Below, piece after piece: positions 27,701-36,887 of a stretch of DNA of 64,000 nucleotides. The notes beneath the pieces are model-generated. The model did not search any database. It worked only from the letters and a program-made list of their open reading frames with translations, and was not told where the DNA came from. The position numbers were made by a program, and so were the translations under genes. Each line of letters begins with the position of its first letter. Position 1 is the stretch's first letter. The DNA comes from Dehalococcoidia bacterium (GTDB lineage: Bacteria; Chloroflexota; Dehalococcoidia; Lucifugimonadales; UBA1123): the NCBI GenBank assembly GCA_021295915.1, contig JAGWBK010000001.1, positions 139,644 to 203,643 of the forward strand, written 5' to 3'.

Positions 27701-28016
27701 CGAAGTAGGCCGCCGCCAGCGTGGGAGACTCTTTGCAGAGTTTTGCCCCACAGTCCGTCCAGTTCATGAAGTAGCTGAACGGCATGTACGCAACGACTTT
27801 CGGGCTAACCCGGAAGTACTGGGCCGTGGCCTCCCATGACCTGACCGTCTGGTCTGCGATGTTCAGGCCTGCCTGACCCCATAGCAGGATGTTGCCATCC
27901 TCCATAGTCTTGGGCATCTTTGAGCGGGCCTTGTCGAACTCCTCGATTACGGGAGCGGGGAACCTGCGGAACTCGGTCCTGAGTTGCGCCAATGTGGGCG
28001 TTTGTTCGTTACTCAC
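24726..28016 (-). CDS. very large NorD/CbbO-like protein with a C-terminal von Willebrand factor A domain
   Basis: 1096 aa. The C-terminal VWA has the MIDAS-like motif FLLDTSAST. A long helical N-terminal region and a strongly acidic segment of about 70 aa (EDEQEEEYSDPDD...) precede it. It is encoded downstream of a CbbQ/NorQ ATPase. Confidence 0.8.
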   Translation of the reverse strand: MSNEQTPTLAQLRTEFRRFPAPVIEEFDKARSKMPKTMEDGNILLWGQAGLNIADQTVRSWEATAQYFRVSPKVVAYMPFSYFMNWTDCGAKLCKESPTLAAAYFEASPAAMSKLRSRHIESWAELGGSLYKGTWKSSTLACKFFTYSPALMESLTFQELERFVAFLDALAHRSYDLASECLALGTQIFPLIGEDKTAFITLASALVDSGWREVKSFFDAGAKALPKIDPEQRFRFLKIAEDLVHKGGSNIPGVMLETSQAFSEIDPELHSRVLTLSEQLISESPEAVPSFIEASAQVMDRLSMSQFERWYEEGVNLLRQNPDGGLAYFKIESAHSETMIEALSSGVEFDRIKAIMEMYCRGLAGEEVKLSSSPELVDRNIGWVSAESPTTEGSTVFLPDVVDRYHSKDENFSWFKVVSTHQVAHLEFGSFFFEFDRPSALYEDRRQEVETQRQEQPDSPESVDQSASDLAGEGLERAWITDMQRFFNLFEDRKLALDIFTVVEDGRLDFRVKYEYPGIKAAYARVQMDSSEGRPEITEMPAREALVEFLVRLSLQQYREIPAPTDYVDQALQIASVARQILDAEANVEDTAEATLRIYAIISSIPNEEVPPDEWDDVDVEDEQEEEYSDPDDMQQLLQQMAMGMDMELRPDEEQDYESSEEVDYRGDFKPELTQLLTQLRMQQDSGAEANGEPITQEQLEELLQNSAELDLQAVEGDLQETQGMFADNLLKEAGMQLPDNPDFSNGPFVHIDEDGDSLEASEPQTFVYDEWDFRAADYKPRWCIVRQKMMAEGDPNFYGATLHSYGGLVTRIRRQFEMMVPEMFRRVRKLEDGEEIDIDDLIEAIVDMKTGASPSDKFYWRRNKVQREVAAAFLLDTSASTAEAIDEGKRTADDWDAPDDPVEYMVWLRTRRGEAARRSYKRIIDVEKEAIVLIVNALEAIGDIYGIYGFSGYGRENVEYYTIKDLDEAFSDRVKRRIDRVAPLHATRMGPAIRHTISKLEKADARTKILFLVSDGRPQDRGYSREGVEKEYAVHDTRMALEEARRKDINAFCLTVDKNGHDYLKTMCADMGYEVLDNIYDLPERLLFLYRRLTM

Positions 28017-28025
28017 GAATCCTCC

Positions 28026-28601
28026 TTACACAGGCAGATCTGCGGTCACTCTGAGAAACTGGTCCAGAATCCTTGCGGTAGCGCCAAATATAACATGCCC
28101 GTCGTGCACGAATACAGGCATCGTGCGAAAGGCGTCACCTTCAAGGTGAGTCTCTACCCTGAAGGCACCCGGCTTTCTCAGGTGCGACAGCGGCACGCTG
28201 AGTACTTCCGCGACCTCGATACTGGAAGGCACGAAGGGATATGGGTGCGGCACCACGCCCACATAGGTCGAGATCATAAACCCCGTAATCGTGGGTGAGT
28301 CGTCAAGGCGGCCGATGACATCCACATCATCCGGCTCTATGCCCATCTCTTCGTGGGCCTCGCGAAGCGCCGTGTGTAGGAGAGAATCGTCTCCGGGGTC
28401 TGCCATACCTCCGGGGAAGGATATCTCTCCTTTATGGTGCTCCACATGCTGGGAGCGCTTCTGAAGCACGACAAAGAAGTCGTCATCAGCGCTGTAGAGG
28501 GTAAGTAAGACAGCAGCGGGGGCCATTGAATGGCCCTCCGCGACGGTCACCGGGCGGCTCTCCAAGAGCCGCCCGGCACTGGCTATGAATTCAGAGCCCA
28601 A
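28026..28601 (-). CDS. NUDIX hydrolase, CoA pyrophosphatase-like
   Basis: 191 aa. The Nudix box is GGMADPGDDSLLHTALREAHEEMGI, preceded by the VVLQKRSQHVEHHKGEISFPGG pattern seen in CoA pyrophosphatases. Confidence 0.8.
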   Translation of the reverse strand: MGSEFIASAGRLLESRPVTVAEGHSMAPAAVLLTLYSADDDFFVVLQKRSQHVEHHKGEISFPGGMADPGDDSLLHTALREAHEEMGIEPDDVDVIGRLDDSPTITGFMISTYVGVVPHPYPFVPSSIEVAEVLSVPLSHLRKPGAFRVETHLEGDAFRTMPVFVHDGHVIFGATARILDQFLRVTADLPV

Positions 28602-28644
28602 GTCCGGGCCTCACCCCACGCCCGCCACCCGCGGACGGTCTCTG

Positions 28645-29559
28645 CTACTCGAAAATCGAAGTCGTCAGCTCTTCGATGCTGCGCTGTATGCTGAAGTCAT
28701 CAGTGACAGCCCAGTTGACCGCGACCTGGCAGGCTCGCCTGGGTGAGATACCCTGAGAAATCATCTGGCCAGCATAGATCAGCAGGCGGGTGCTGGCACC
28801 TTCGCCGAGACCGTGCTCCTTGAGATTCCTGATCTTCTCGCCGAGCTTGGCAAGCTGGAGCGCGGTATCTTCATCTGTGCCGGATTCGTGTGCGATGATC
28901 TCAGCCTCGATGTCACGTGGCGGGTAGTCGAACTCAATCGAGATGAATCGCTGCCTCGTGCTGTGCTTGAGGTCCTTCAGTGCGCTCTGATAGCCCGGGT
29001 TGTAGGAGAGGATCAGCAGGAAACCGTCAGCGGCTTCAAGCAGTTCGCCCCGCTTTTCAACCGGCAGTATTCGACGATGGTCGGTCAGCGGGTGAATCAG
29101 GACGGTGGTGTCTTTGCGAGCCTCGACGATTTCGTCCAGGTAGCAGATTCCTCCGGCCTTCACTGCACGTGTTAGTGGGCCGTCAATCCAGACGGTCTCA
29201 TCGCCCTCAAGCAGGTAGCGCCCTACCAGGTCGCTAGCTGTGAGGTCCTCGTGGCAGGCGATTGTCACCAGCGGCAGGTGGTCTCGATCATCGGCAGCCG
29301 TATTCCCGTTGCCGGACGCGCTGGCAGATGACTGCTGCGTGACCCTGGTCAGGGGCTGGCTAAGCCTGTATGACATGTATTCTACGAATCGTGTTTTGCC
29401 GCAGCCAGTCGGGCCCTTGAAGATTACAGGGATCTTCTGAGCGTATGCGGCCTCGAAAAGGTCGATCTCATCTCCAACGGGAACGTAGTACGGTTCCTCA
29501 GTGAGGTGATACTCCTCGATAATGTAGCTCCGAAACAGGGTCCGCGTTGGTGATGTCAT
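28645..29559 (-). CDS. CbbQ/NirQ/NorQ family AAA+ (MoxR-like) ATPase
   Basis: Walker A is GPTGCGKT and Walker B is CYLDEI. I trimmed the start to ATG 29559 (MTSPTR), 6 nt after the coaE stop. There is a low-complexity insert, [17 protein letters not shown]. Confidence 0.9.
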   Translation of the reverse strand: MTSPTRTLFRSYIIEEYHLTEEPYYVPVGDEIDLFEAAYAQKIPVIFKGPTGCGKTRFVEYMSYRLSQPLTRVTQQSSASASGNGNTAADDRDHLPLVTIACHEDLTASDLVGRYLLEGDETVWIDGPLTRAVKAGGICYLDEIVEARKDTTVLIHPLTDHRRILPVEKRGELLEAADGFLLILSYNPGYQSALKDLKHSTRQRFISIEFDYPPRDIEAEIIAHESGTDEDTALQLAKLGEKIRNLKEHGLGEGASTRLLIYAGQMISQGISPRRACQVAVNWAVTDDFSIQRSIEELTTSIFE

Positions 29560-29564
29560 CTGGC

Positions 29565-30191
29565 TTACCGGTCTCCTTGTACTTTCGATGAGACCCGCTG
29601 GTCCCAATGTTCCTTGACTGCACTCTTCAACTCTGCCTCGCCGCCATCATTGGCGATAACAATGTCGGCGTGGGTTACTCGCTCTTCCTGTGGCATCTGC
29701 GATTCGACCCTGGCACGTGCCTGCTCCGGCGACATACCCCTACCCGTCAACCTCGAATACACCTGCTCAATTGGCGATGTCAGTACCCATATGTCGTCTA
29801 CGAGGGGAGTCCACCCTGCCTCGATCAGCAATGCGGCCTCAACGACAACGGCGGTAATACCCTCAGCCTTGAGACCCTCGATACGGTCGCTGATCATAGC
29901 ATAGATGCGAGGATGCACGATGGAGTTGAGCTGCTCCAACTTGGATGGATCACTGAAGACGATCGCTCCAAGCTTAGGTCGCACAATCTGACCTTCTTCG
30001 TCGAGTATGTCCGTCCCGAAGGCGTCAACCACCGCCTGCCAAGTCTCGGTGTGAGGGAGGTAGGCTTCGTGCCCCACAAGGTCAGCATTTATAATTGTTG
30101 CCCCGGACTCGCGGAGCGTTTCCGACACCAGCGTCTTGCCCGTGGCAATCCCGCCCGTGAGGCCGATAACGAACATACACCTGACCGTCAA
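29565..30191 (-). CDS. coaE: dephospho-CoA kinase
   Basis: 208 aa with the P-loop [11 protein letters not shown]. Confidence 0.9.
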   Translation of the reverse strand: MTVRCMFVIGLTGGIATGKTLVSETLRESGATIINADLVGHEAYLPHTETWQAVVDAFGTDILDEEGQIVRPKLGAIVFSDPSKLEQLNSIVHPRIYAMISDRIEGLKAEGITAVVVEAALLIEAGWTPLVDDIWVLTSPIEQVYSRLTGRGMSPEQARARVESQMPQEERVTHADIVIANDGGEAELKSAVKEHWDQRVSSKVQGDR

Positions 30192-30317
30192 TTGGGAAAG
30201 TCATCACATTCTACTAAAGCCACAGAAATAGGGTCAACTTTGGGCGCCGATGAGGCATGGCCCAGCCCGTCAACCATCGGTATATAATTTACACATATAC
30301 AGAGCTGCGGAGTTCCA

Positions 30318-31688
30318 ATGGTCTCAAAATTTCGAGCGTTGCCGTCCGTTAATGACGTGCTAAGTGATCCCCGAATTGCCGAGCTTGTCGAGAAGTACTC
30401 GCACGAGGCAATAGTGGACATCGTGCGGGAGGAGCTGGACGGAGCAAGAAGTTCGATCAGCTCCGGCGGTGAGCCCCCTGATGCGGACGCACTGACCAAG
30501 TCCGTGGCAGCCGAGGCAGAGTCCAGGTGGCGGCCATGGCCACAGGGCGTGATAAACGCCACTGGTGTTGTACTGCACACAAACCTCGGCAGGGCGCCGT
30601 TAAGCAGCAGCAGTTTCGAGGCCATGAGAGTCGCCGCTGCCGGATACAGTGACCTCGAATTCGACCTTGCGGCAGGAAGGCGCGGTTCTAGGCAGCAGCA
30701 CGTCTCGAACCTGATATGCCAGACGACCGGTGCCGAGGCCGCGTTGGCGGTCAACAACAATGCGTCGGCCGTGATGCTCGGACTTGCAGCAATTGCAACC
30801 GGTAAAGAGGTGATCGTTTCGAGGGGTGAGGCCGTCGAGATCGGCGGCGGATTCAGGATTCCTGACGTACTGAGCCAGAGTGGGGCGACTCTTGTTGAAG
30901 TTGGTACCACCAACCGTACGTACGCCTCTGACTTCGCCTCTGCCATCAACGAACGAACAGGAGCAATCCTGTCAGTTCACGCCTCTAACTTCAGGGTCAT
31001 GGGATTTACGCATGCGCCTACTACAGCGGAACTCGTGAACGTTGGAGAGAGTTCGGGTGTGCCGGTGCTTCACGATCTGGGCAGTGGTTGTCTGCTGGAT
31101 TCGAGTAAGTATGGACTTGCCCACGAACCGATGCCGCAGGAGAGCATCTCAGCGGGCGTCGCACTCAGCTTCTTCTCGGGAGACAAACTGCTGGGTGGTC
31201 CACAGGCCGGGATAATTGCCGGCCAGAGCGAGTACGTTGCCACTGTGTCGCGGCACCCACTGGCCAGGGCAGTCAGGATCGACAAGTTGAGCATGGCAGC
31301 CCTGTCAGCAACTCTTCTCCACTACATCAACGGAGACCCCGAATCCGAGGTCCCGGTCTGGCGGATGATCTCGGCCACGATAGCCGAACTGACAGCACGC
31401 GCCGACTCCTGGAAGTCGGCAGCCGGTCCGGGGGCAAGTGTCGTCAGTGCAAGATCGGCCATAGGCGGCGGCAGCCTGCCGGGCGAGACACTGGAATCCG
31501 TCGCGCTCCGCATCGACTGCAACGAGTTGGGTACTACCCCCGACGTCGCTCTCAGCGAGCTAAGGAAGGGAACGCCGCCGGTCATTGGCAGGATCGAGGA
31601 TGACAGTGTCATGCTCGATCCCAGGACTGTACTACCCGAACAGGACGAGGCAGTTGCTGGCACAATACAGCGCCTCATGAGTGTGTGA
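30318..31688 (+). CDS. selA: L-seryl-tRNA(Sec) selenium transferase
   Basis: 456 aa. The N-terminus is FRALPSVNDVL and the PLP lysine region is FSGDKLLGGPQAGII. Confidence 0.9.
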   Translation: MVSKFRALPSVNDVLSDPRIAELVEKYSHEAIVDIVREELDGARSSISSGGEPPDADALTKSVAAEAESRWRPWPQGVINATGVVLHTNLGRAPLSSSSFEAMRVAAAGYSDLEFDLAAGRRGSRQQHVSNLICQTTGAEAALAVNNNASAVMLGLAAIATGKEVIVSRGEAVEIGGGFRIPDVLSQSGATLVEVGTTNRTYASDFASAINERTGAILSVHASNFRVMGFTHAPTTAELVNVGESSGVPVLHDLGSGCLLDSSKYGLAHEPMPQESISAGVALSFFSGDKLLGGPQAGIIAGQSEYVATVSRHPLARAVRIDKLSMAALSATLLHYINGDPESEVPVWRMISATIAELTARADSWKSAAGPGASVVSARSAIGGGSLPGETLESVALRIDCNELGTTPDVALSELRKGTPPVIGRIEDDSVMLDPRTVLPEQDEAVAGTIQRLMSV

Positions 31689-31697
31689 CGCGCCCAT

Positions 31698-33029
31698 ATG
31701 ACCCTCTTCGATCACAGGCGGCGAGAACAGCTGCAAAACGTTGCACCGCTCGCAGAGCGTATGCGCCCCCGCAGCCTGGAAGAATTCGTCGGGCAGGAGC
31801 ACATTGTTGGCAGGGATAGCGTCCTCGCGAGGTCCATTGCCTCAGGCCATGTGCCCTCGATGGTGCTGTGGGGTCCGCCAGGATCCGGCAAGACCACACT
31901 TGCTCAACTGATTGCGTCGCAGATCGACGGGCACTTCGACCGTGTTAGCGCGGTGACCTCCGGGGTAGCCGACCTGCGAAAGATCGTTTCTGAGTCTCGT
32001 CATCGGCTGGGGATGAACGGAACGAGAAGCATCCTGTTCATTGATGAAATACACAGGTTCAGCAAGTCGCAGCAGGACGTCATCCTCCCACACGTCGAAG
32101 ACGGCTCGGTAATCCTGATCGGCGCTACTACTGAAAACCCATCGTTCGAGGTAATCTCTCCCCTCCTCTCCAGGGCCAGGGTTTACGTGCTCAAGCAACT
32201 GAATGGAGAGCAGGTCTCCGACATTCTCGACAGCGCAATGGGAGACTCTGAAAGGGGTATCGGTGAACTCAGGCCTTGCCTCGATTTAGATGCCCGCAAC
32301 GCGCTCATATCACTCAGCAATGGCGACGCCCGCTCCGCACTCAACACACTTGAGCTGGCTGTGCATGCAACGATCCCAGATGAGAATGGCGGCCGTACCG
32401 TTTCGCTGGAGACCGTGGAAGAAGCAATCCAGCGTCGAGCATCCATCTACGATCGTTCAGGAGACCAGCACTACGACACCATCTCCGCATTCATAAAGTC
32501 AGTCCGGGCGTCAGATCCAGATGCGGCAATCTACTGGCTGGCACGAATGGTGGTTTCTGGTGAAGACCCGGTGTTCATCGCCAGACGACTGGTCATCCTG
32601 GCGGCAGAGGACATAGGTCTGGCCGATCCAGGAGCACTGTCCATAGCCGTGGCAGCCCAGCAGGCCGTGAGCCTGGTTGGAATGCCGGAAGGGAGAATCC
32701 CGCTGGCTGAGGCGACTGTCTACCTGGCAACGGCTCCTAAGAGCAACAGGGCCTACGCTGCGATCGGAGAGGCGATTAAGGACGCTGAGCGAACGACTAA
32801 TGAACCCGTACCCCTACATCTGCGCAACGCTGTCACCGGGCTAATGCGAGACTTGGACTACGGAAAGGGCTACGAGTACGCCCACGACCACGAGGGCGGC
32901 TTCACCCCCACCCAGAACCTGCCGCACAATCTTAAGGGACGCCGTTACTACAAACCTTCAGACTTGGGGTACGAGTCCGAGGTTGGCGACAGGATGAAAC
33001 TCTGGTGGGGAGACAGGGCCAGTGAATGA
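31698..33029 (+). CDS. rarA: replication-associated recombination protein A (AAA+ ATPase)
   Basis: 443 aa with Walker A GPPGSGKTT, Walker B FIDEIHRF, and a MgsA-type C-terminal domain. Confidence 0.9.
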   Translation: MTLFDHRRREQLQNVAPLAERMRPRSLEEFVGQEHIVGRDSVLARSIASGHVPSMVLWGPPGSGKTTLAQLIASQIDGHFDRVSAVTSGVADLRKIVSESRHRLGMNGTRSILFIDEIHRFSKSQQDVILPHVEDGSVILIGATTENPSFEVISPLLSRARVYVLKQLNGEQVSDILDSAMGDSERGIGELRPCLDLDARNALISLSNGDARSALNTLELAVHATIPDENGGRTVSLETVEEAIQRRASIYDRSGDQHYDTISAFIKSVRASDPDAAIYWLARMVVSGEDPVFIARRLVILAAEDIGLADPGALSIAVAAQQAVSLVGMPEGRIPLAEATVYLATAPKSNRAYAAIGEAIKDAERTTNEPVPLHLRNAVTGLMRDLDYGKGYEYAHDHEGGFTPTQNLPHNLKGRRYYKPSDLGYESEVGDRMKLWWGDRASE

Positions 33030-33062
33030 GAGAGTGCTGAGGAACGCAAAGCTCCGGACTCA

Positions 33063-34295
33063 CTAGCTACCCTCCGCTGGCGCGTGTGTCGACCGGTATT
33101 CCACGGGGCGGTCGAGACTCGTGGCGAACTTGGCAAGGACCAGGCCTGCAACCATCACTACCACCGCTCCGATTCCTATGGAGAGCGGCGCCCCGAACCG
33201 GCTCGCAAGCGCGCCAGAATGGAAACCGGACATACCGGATACACCCCACAGCATCGCCTGGAAGCTCAACACCCTTCCCCTCATTCGTCTGTCGACCCCG
33301 GACTGCATTATGGTGTCGCCAGCGGTCTCGTACAGCGTCGTCGATGCCCCGGCGAAGCCAAACAGTACGAGTGACAGCGGCAGTGACCTGGAGAGTGAGA
33401 AGCAGAGCAGAAAGCAGCCAAACCCAAATATTCCCCCAACCATGAGCCAGCCTTTGTGCCGGACGTTCCCTACCGAAGACAGCGTGAATGCCGTAACCGC
33501 AGCCCCTGCACTGGCCGCAGCAAACAGTAATCCAAGTCCTGTTGCACCTCCCCCCAGCACATCCCGCACTACTACCGGCAGCATCGGCTCAGCCGACCAA
33601 CCGAATAGCTCAGTAACCAGGATAACGCCCAGGATGGTTCGGACCAGTGGATGGCGCAGCGAATAGCTAATCCCGGACTTCAGTTCGGCCAGGGGTGATC
33701 GACGTTCAGGTGACTCGGCCGGCTCCGGAAGACGGACCATGCTCATCACTGCGACGCTGGTAAAGTCTCCGAGGGCAATGACCACGTACGCCCATTCGAT
33801 GCCAATAACGTCCACGGCTGGCCCGATCAACAGGGGTACCACCACACCCACGACTGTCATCGACGCCATGCGAGCCGCCATTGCCGCGAGAAGGTGCTCC
33901 CCACCCGCAATGTCCATGGCAAGGGTCTTCATACCCGGCATGCGTGTTGCCCCTGTAGCAGCGGTCGCAACCGCGAAGGCAAGCACGTGCCAGAGTTCCA
34001 CCGAGTCGGTGATCGCCAACACAGCTAGAGCTGTCGCTGACACACCCCTTATCAGGGACGCAATCCGGATTACGTCGATCTTGCGGAATCGGTCGATCAA
34101 CACGCCACCCCAGGGAGCGAAGACAGTCATGCCGATCCCACCCACTCCTGCGGTTGCACCTACCCAGAAGGGAGAGTCTGTCACAAGCAGTGCAAGCCAG
34201 CCGTGCACCGTGAAGTACGTGATGAGGCTTACGTCGCCAAAGAGTCCTGCTGTCCAGAAGAGACGAAAGCGCGGGTTGCGGAAGATCAGATGCAT
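33063..34295 (-). CDS. MFS transporter
   Basis: 410 aa with about 12 predicted hydrophobic helices. Confidence 0.8.
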   Translation of the reverse strand: MHLIFRNPRFRLFWTAGLFGDVSLITYFTVHGWLALLVTDSPFWVGATAGVGGIGMTVFAPWGGVLIDRFRKIDVIRIASLIRGVSATALAVLAITDSVELWHVLAFAVATAATGATRMPGMKTLAMDIAGGEHLLAAMAARMASMTVVGVVVPLLIGPAVDVIGIEWAYVVIALGDFTSVAVMSMVRLPEPAESPERRSPLAELKSGISYSLRHPLVRTILGVILVTELFGWSAEPMLPVVVRDVLGGGATGLGLLFAAASAGAAVTAFTLSSVGNVRHKGWLMVGGIFGFGCFLLCFSLSRSLPLSLVLFGFAGASTTLYETAGDTIMQSGVDRRMRGRVLSFQAMLWGVSGMSGFHSGALASRFGAPLSIGIGAVVVMVAGLVLAKFATSLDRPVEYRSTHAPAEGS

Positions 34296-34389
34296 AGGAC
34301 AACCATGCGATAGCCCATCAAATGAAAAGGGGCGGGTCGTTCAATCGGCGACCCGCCCTGTGTAACTGTAACTCGGATTCAGGTCCGAC

Positions 34390-35421
34390 TCAGTCGCCGG
34401 CGAACACGTCTCTGACGGTCTCCAGAGTGTAATCTATGTCTTCCTCGGTGATGCCATAGTGGGTGACATACCGCCAGCGTTTGCCGCCACCGCCGCCCTT
34501 GACTCCCCGCTCGACCAGTTTTCTGTGAAGGTCAGGCCAGTCTGCACGCTCGATTTCGAAGAAGACGAGGTTTGTAGGCAGCGCATCAGGGTCGATGTCG
34601 ATGCCATCTATCTCGGCAAGGCCTTCGGAAAGTTTCCTGGCGTTAGCGTGGTCCTCGGCAAGCCTGTCGACCATCGAGTCGAGCGCTACGACTCCGGCAG
34701 CAGCCAGCACACCGGCCTGCCTCATGCTGCCACCCACCATCTTGCGCCATCGGCGCGCCTCCTGGATGTAGTCCTCTGAACCAACGATCACAGAACCCAC
34801 AGGGCAGCTCAGACCTTTTGAGAGACAGAACGTGACCGAGTCTGCTTCACGGGTCAGTTCAGATACCGGCGCCTCAAGGGCTACGGCCGAATTGAAGATA
34901 CGGGCACCATCTACGTGTACATTAAGGCCATGCTCGTGAGCAACGGAGGCTACTGAGTGCATGTCGTCCTGTGTCAGGGTCGCCCCACCACAGGCGTTCT
35001 GGGTGTTCTCGAGGCACACCAATGCGGTGCGTGGCATGTGAGGGTCATTTGGTCGAATGGCTGCGCGCACGTCATCTGGGTCCAGCATCCCGCGCTCATC
35101 ATTGGGGATCGTGTGGAACGAGATGCCACCCAAAACCGACGAACCTCCCGCCTCGCTGCGGAAGATATGGGCCTGGTTGCCGAGAATGATCTCATCGCCC
35201 CGTTGAGCGTGGGCCAGCACGGAAACAAGGTTGCCCATGGTGCCGCTGGCTACGAAAACTGCGGCCTCTTTGCCGAACCTTTCAGCCGCCATGGCCTCCA
35301 GCCGGTTCAAGGTAGGGTCCTCTCCGTAGACATCGTCACCCAGCTCAGCTTCGTACATAGCCTGTCTCATTTCGGGCGACGGCATGGTGACCGTATCACT
35401 CCGCAGGTCGACAACACGCAT
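34390..35421 (-). CDS. ltaE: low-specificity L-threonine aldolase (beta-eliminating lyase family)
   Basis: I trimmed the start to ATG 35421, preceded by GGAGGA. The N-terminus MRVVDLRSDTVTMP and the motif FCLSKGL are typical. Confidence 0.85.
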   Translation of the reverse strand: MRVVDLRSDTVTMPSPEMRQAMYEAELGDDVYGEDPTLNRLEAMAAERFGKEAAVFVASGTMGNLVSVLAHAQRGDEIILGNQAHIFRSEAGGSSVLGGISFHTIPNDERGMLDPDDVRAAIRPNDPHMPRTALVCLENTQNACGGATLTQDDMHSVASVAHEHGLNVHVDGARIFNSAVALEAPVSELTREADSVTFCLSKGLSCPVGSVIVGSEDYIQEARRWRKMVGGSMRQAGVLAAAGVVALDSMVDRLAEDHANARKLSEGLAEIDGIDIDPDALPTNLVFFEIERADWPDLHRKLVERGVKGGGGGKRWRYVTHYGITEEDIDYTLETVRDVFAGD

Positions 35422-35531
35422 TCTCAAATTCCTCCGGCTGAAAGGTGACGTACGGTAGCCCCGAGACGCTCGGCCCATTCTAGCAACCTGCCTTGTCAAA
35501 CGCTACATCGTGACCTTAACATGATCCTGCT

Positions 35532-36182
35532 TTGACGACGATTGCAGAACCACTGACCATATCCAGCGGCGACCTTCAACTGGAAGCCCTGCTCGAACGT
35601 CCCAGCGGTCACTCAGACCCGGTCCCCGGCGTGGTGATCTGCCACCCCCATCCGCGGCAGAGTGGCAACATGTACTCTAACGTGGTCATCGGAGTTGCAG
35701 ACCGCCTGACAGCCAATGGTTTCGCGGTGCTCAGGTTCAACTTCCGTGGTGTCGGAGAGAGCGAGGGCGCATTCGACTGGGGTTCGGGTGAAACCGACGA
35801 CGCCGAAGCCGCTCTGGAAGAGCTGTCACTAGCCGAAGGTGTCGACGCTAGCCGAATTGGCCTGGCCGGTTACAGTTTTGGAGCCGCGGTCGCCCTACAG
35901 GCCGCCATGAGTTCTCCAACCATCCAGGCAGTCGCGACGATAGCCTGTCCAGCAGCGCAGGTGCGGGCCTTCAGCGGCCTCGAGATCCTTCAGCCCAAGC
36001 TCTTCGTCCTGGGGGACCACGACCACAACTTCCCGATCGACCAGTTCAGGTTTCTTACCAGGCGCTACGCCGACCCGTGCGAAGCCGAGGTCATCAAGGG
36101 CGCGGACCACTTCTTCAGGGGGTCAGAATCCGAGGTGGGAGACATTGCGTCACGCTTCTTCACAACCTGGCTGAAACGGTAG
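35532..36182 (+). CDS. alpha/beta hydrolase (COG2945-like)
   Basis: 216 aa with a TTG start and the nucleophile elbow GYSFGA. Confidence 0.7.
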   Translation: MTTIAEPLTISSGDLQLEALLERPSGHSDPVPGVVICHPHPRQSGNMYSNVVIGVADRLTANGFAVLRFNFRGVGESEGAFDWGSGETDDAEAALEELSLAEGVDASRIGLAGYSFGAAVALQAAMSSPTIQAVATIACPAAQVRAFSGLEILQPKLFVLGDHDHNFPIDQFRFLTRRYADPCEAEVIKGADHFFRGSESEVGDIASRFFTTWLKR

Positions 36183-36184
36183 CC

Positions 36185-36826
36185 ATGAGACAGTCTGCCA
36201 TAGGTTTCTACAGCAAGAAGCTCGAACTCGAGGGGATAATCGGAACACCGCAGGACCCCGGAGCGAAAGGGATTCCCGCTGTAGTTGCGTGCCACTCTCA
36301 CCCGATGCTGGGAGGAAACATGAACGATCCCGTAGTGGCAGCGGTGTGCCAATCGGCGGTCCGCGAAGGGATGGCTGCCCTCAGGTTCAACTTTCGGGGC
36401 GTTGGGGACAGCGAGGGCGAGTTCACCAGTGGCAAAGAGGAACACAACGACATCAAGTCGGCCCTTAACGTGATACGGCATTGGCCCGCCGTCCACGGAG
36501 GCCGAGTCGCGCTGGTGGGCTACTCGACCGGTGCAACGATAATCCTGGATGGGCTCCGTCACCTGAAGCGTGCCTCCGCAATTGTGCTAATCGCGCCGAC
36601 GCTTGGCGCCCTCCGGAACAGGAGATTCAACCGGGACAAACGGCCTCGCCTGGTGGTGGCGGGTTCCGACGATCGCGTCGCTCCATCGCTTGAGATTCAG
36701 CGCATCCTCGACGAGTGCAGAGGTCCCGTTCAATTCCATGAAGTTGTGGGAGCCGACCACTCAATGCGAGGTTTCCACGCTGAGGCCGCAGAGGTGTCGG
36801 CCGACTTCCTCAAGCGTTATCTGTGA
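36185..36826 (+). CDS. alpha/beta hydrolase (COG2945-like), tandem paralogue
   Basis: The ATG at 36185 is 2 nt after the previous stop. The nucleophile elbow is GYSTGA and the architecture matches the upstream gene. Confidence 0.7.
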   Translation: MRQSAIGFYSKKLELEGIIGTPQDPGAKGIPAVVACHSHPMLGGNMNDPVVAAVCQSAVREGMAALRFNFRGVGDSEGEFTSGKEEHNDIKSALNVIRHWPAVHGGRVALVGYSTGATIILDGLRHLKRASAIVLIAPTLGALRNRRFNRDKRPRLVVAGSDDRVAPSLEIQRILDECRGPVQFHEVVGADHSMRGFHAEAAEVSADFLKRYL

Positions 36827-36887
36827 CTTTGACCAGCAAAACGAAACGAAAACAACAACGATAAGCCAAACAGTTGAGGAGTTGACA

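Noticed and set aside
30283-30288. TATAAT-like box upstream of selA, as a promoter.
   Set aside because: No acceptable -35 element or extended -10 TG lies at the right spacing. I left it unannotated.
36603-36887. 95-codon N-terminal extension of the fumarase ORF.
   Set aside because: It overlaps the preceding alpha/beta hydrolase gene in another frame, and its sequence is Arg/Pro/Trp-rich nonsense. A GTG at 36888 with GAGGAG gives a normal FumC N-terminus.
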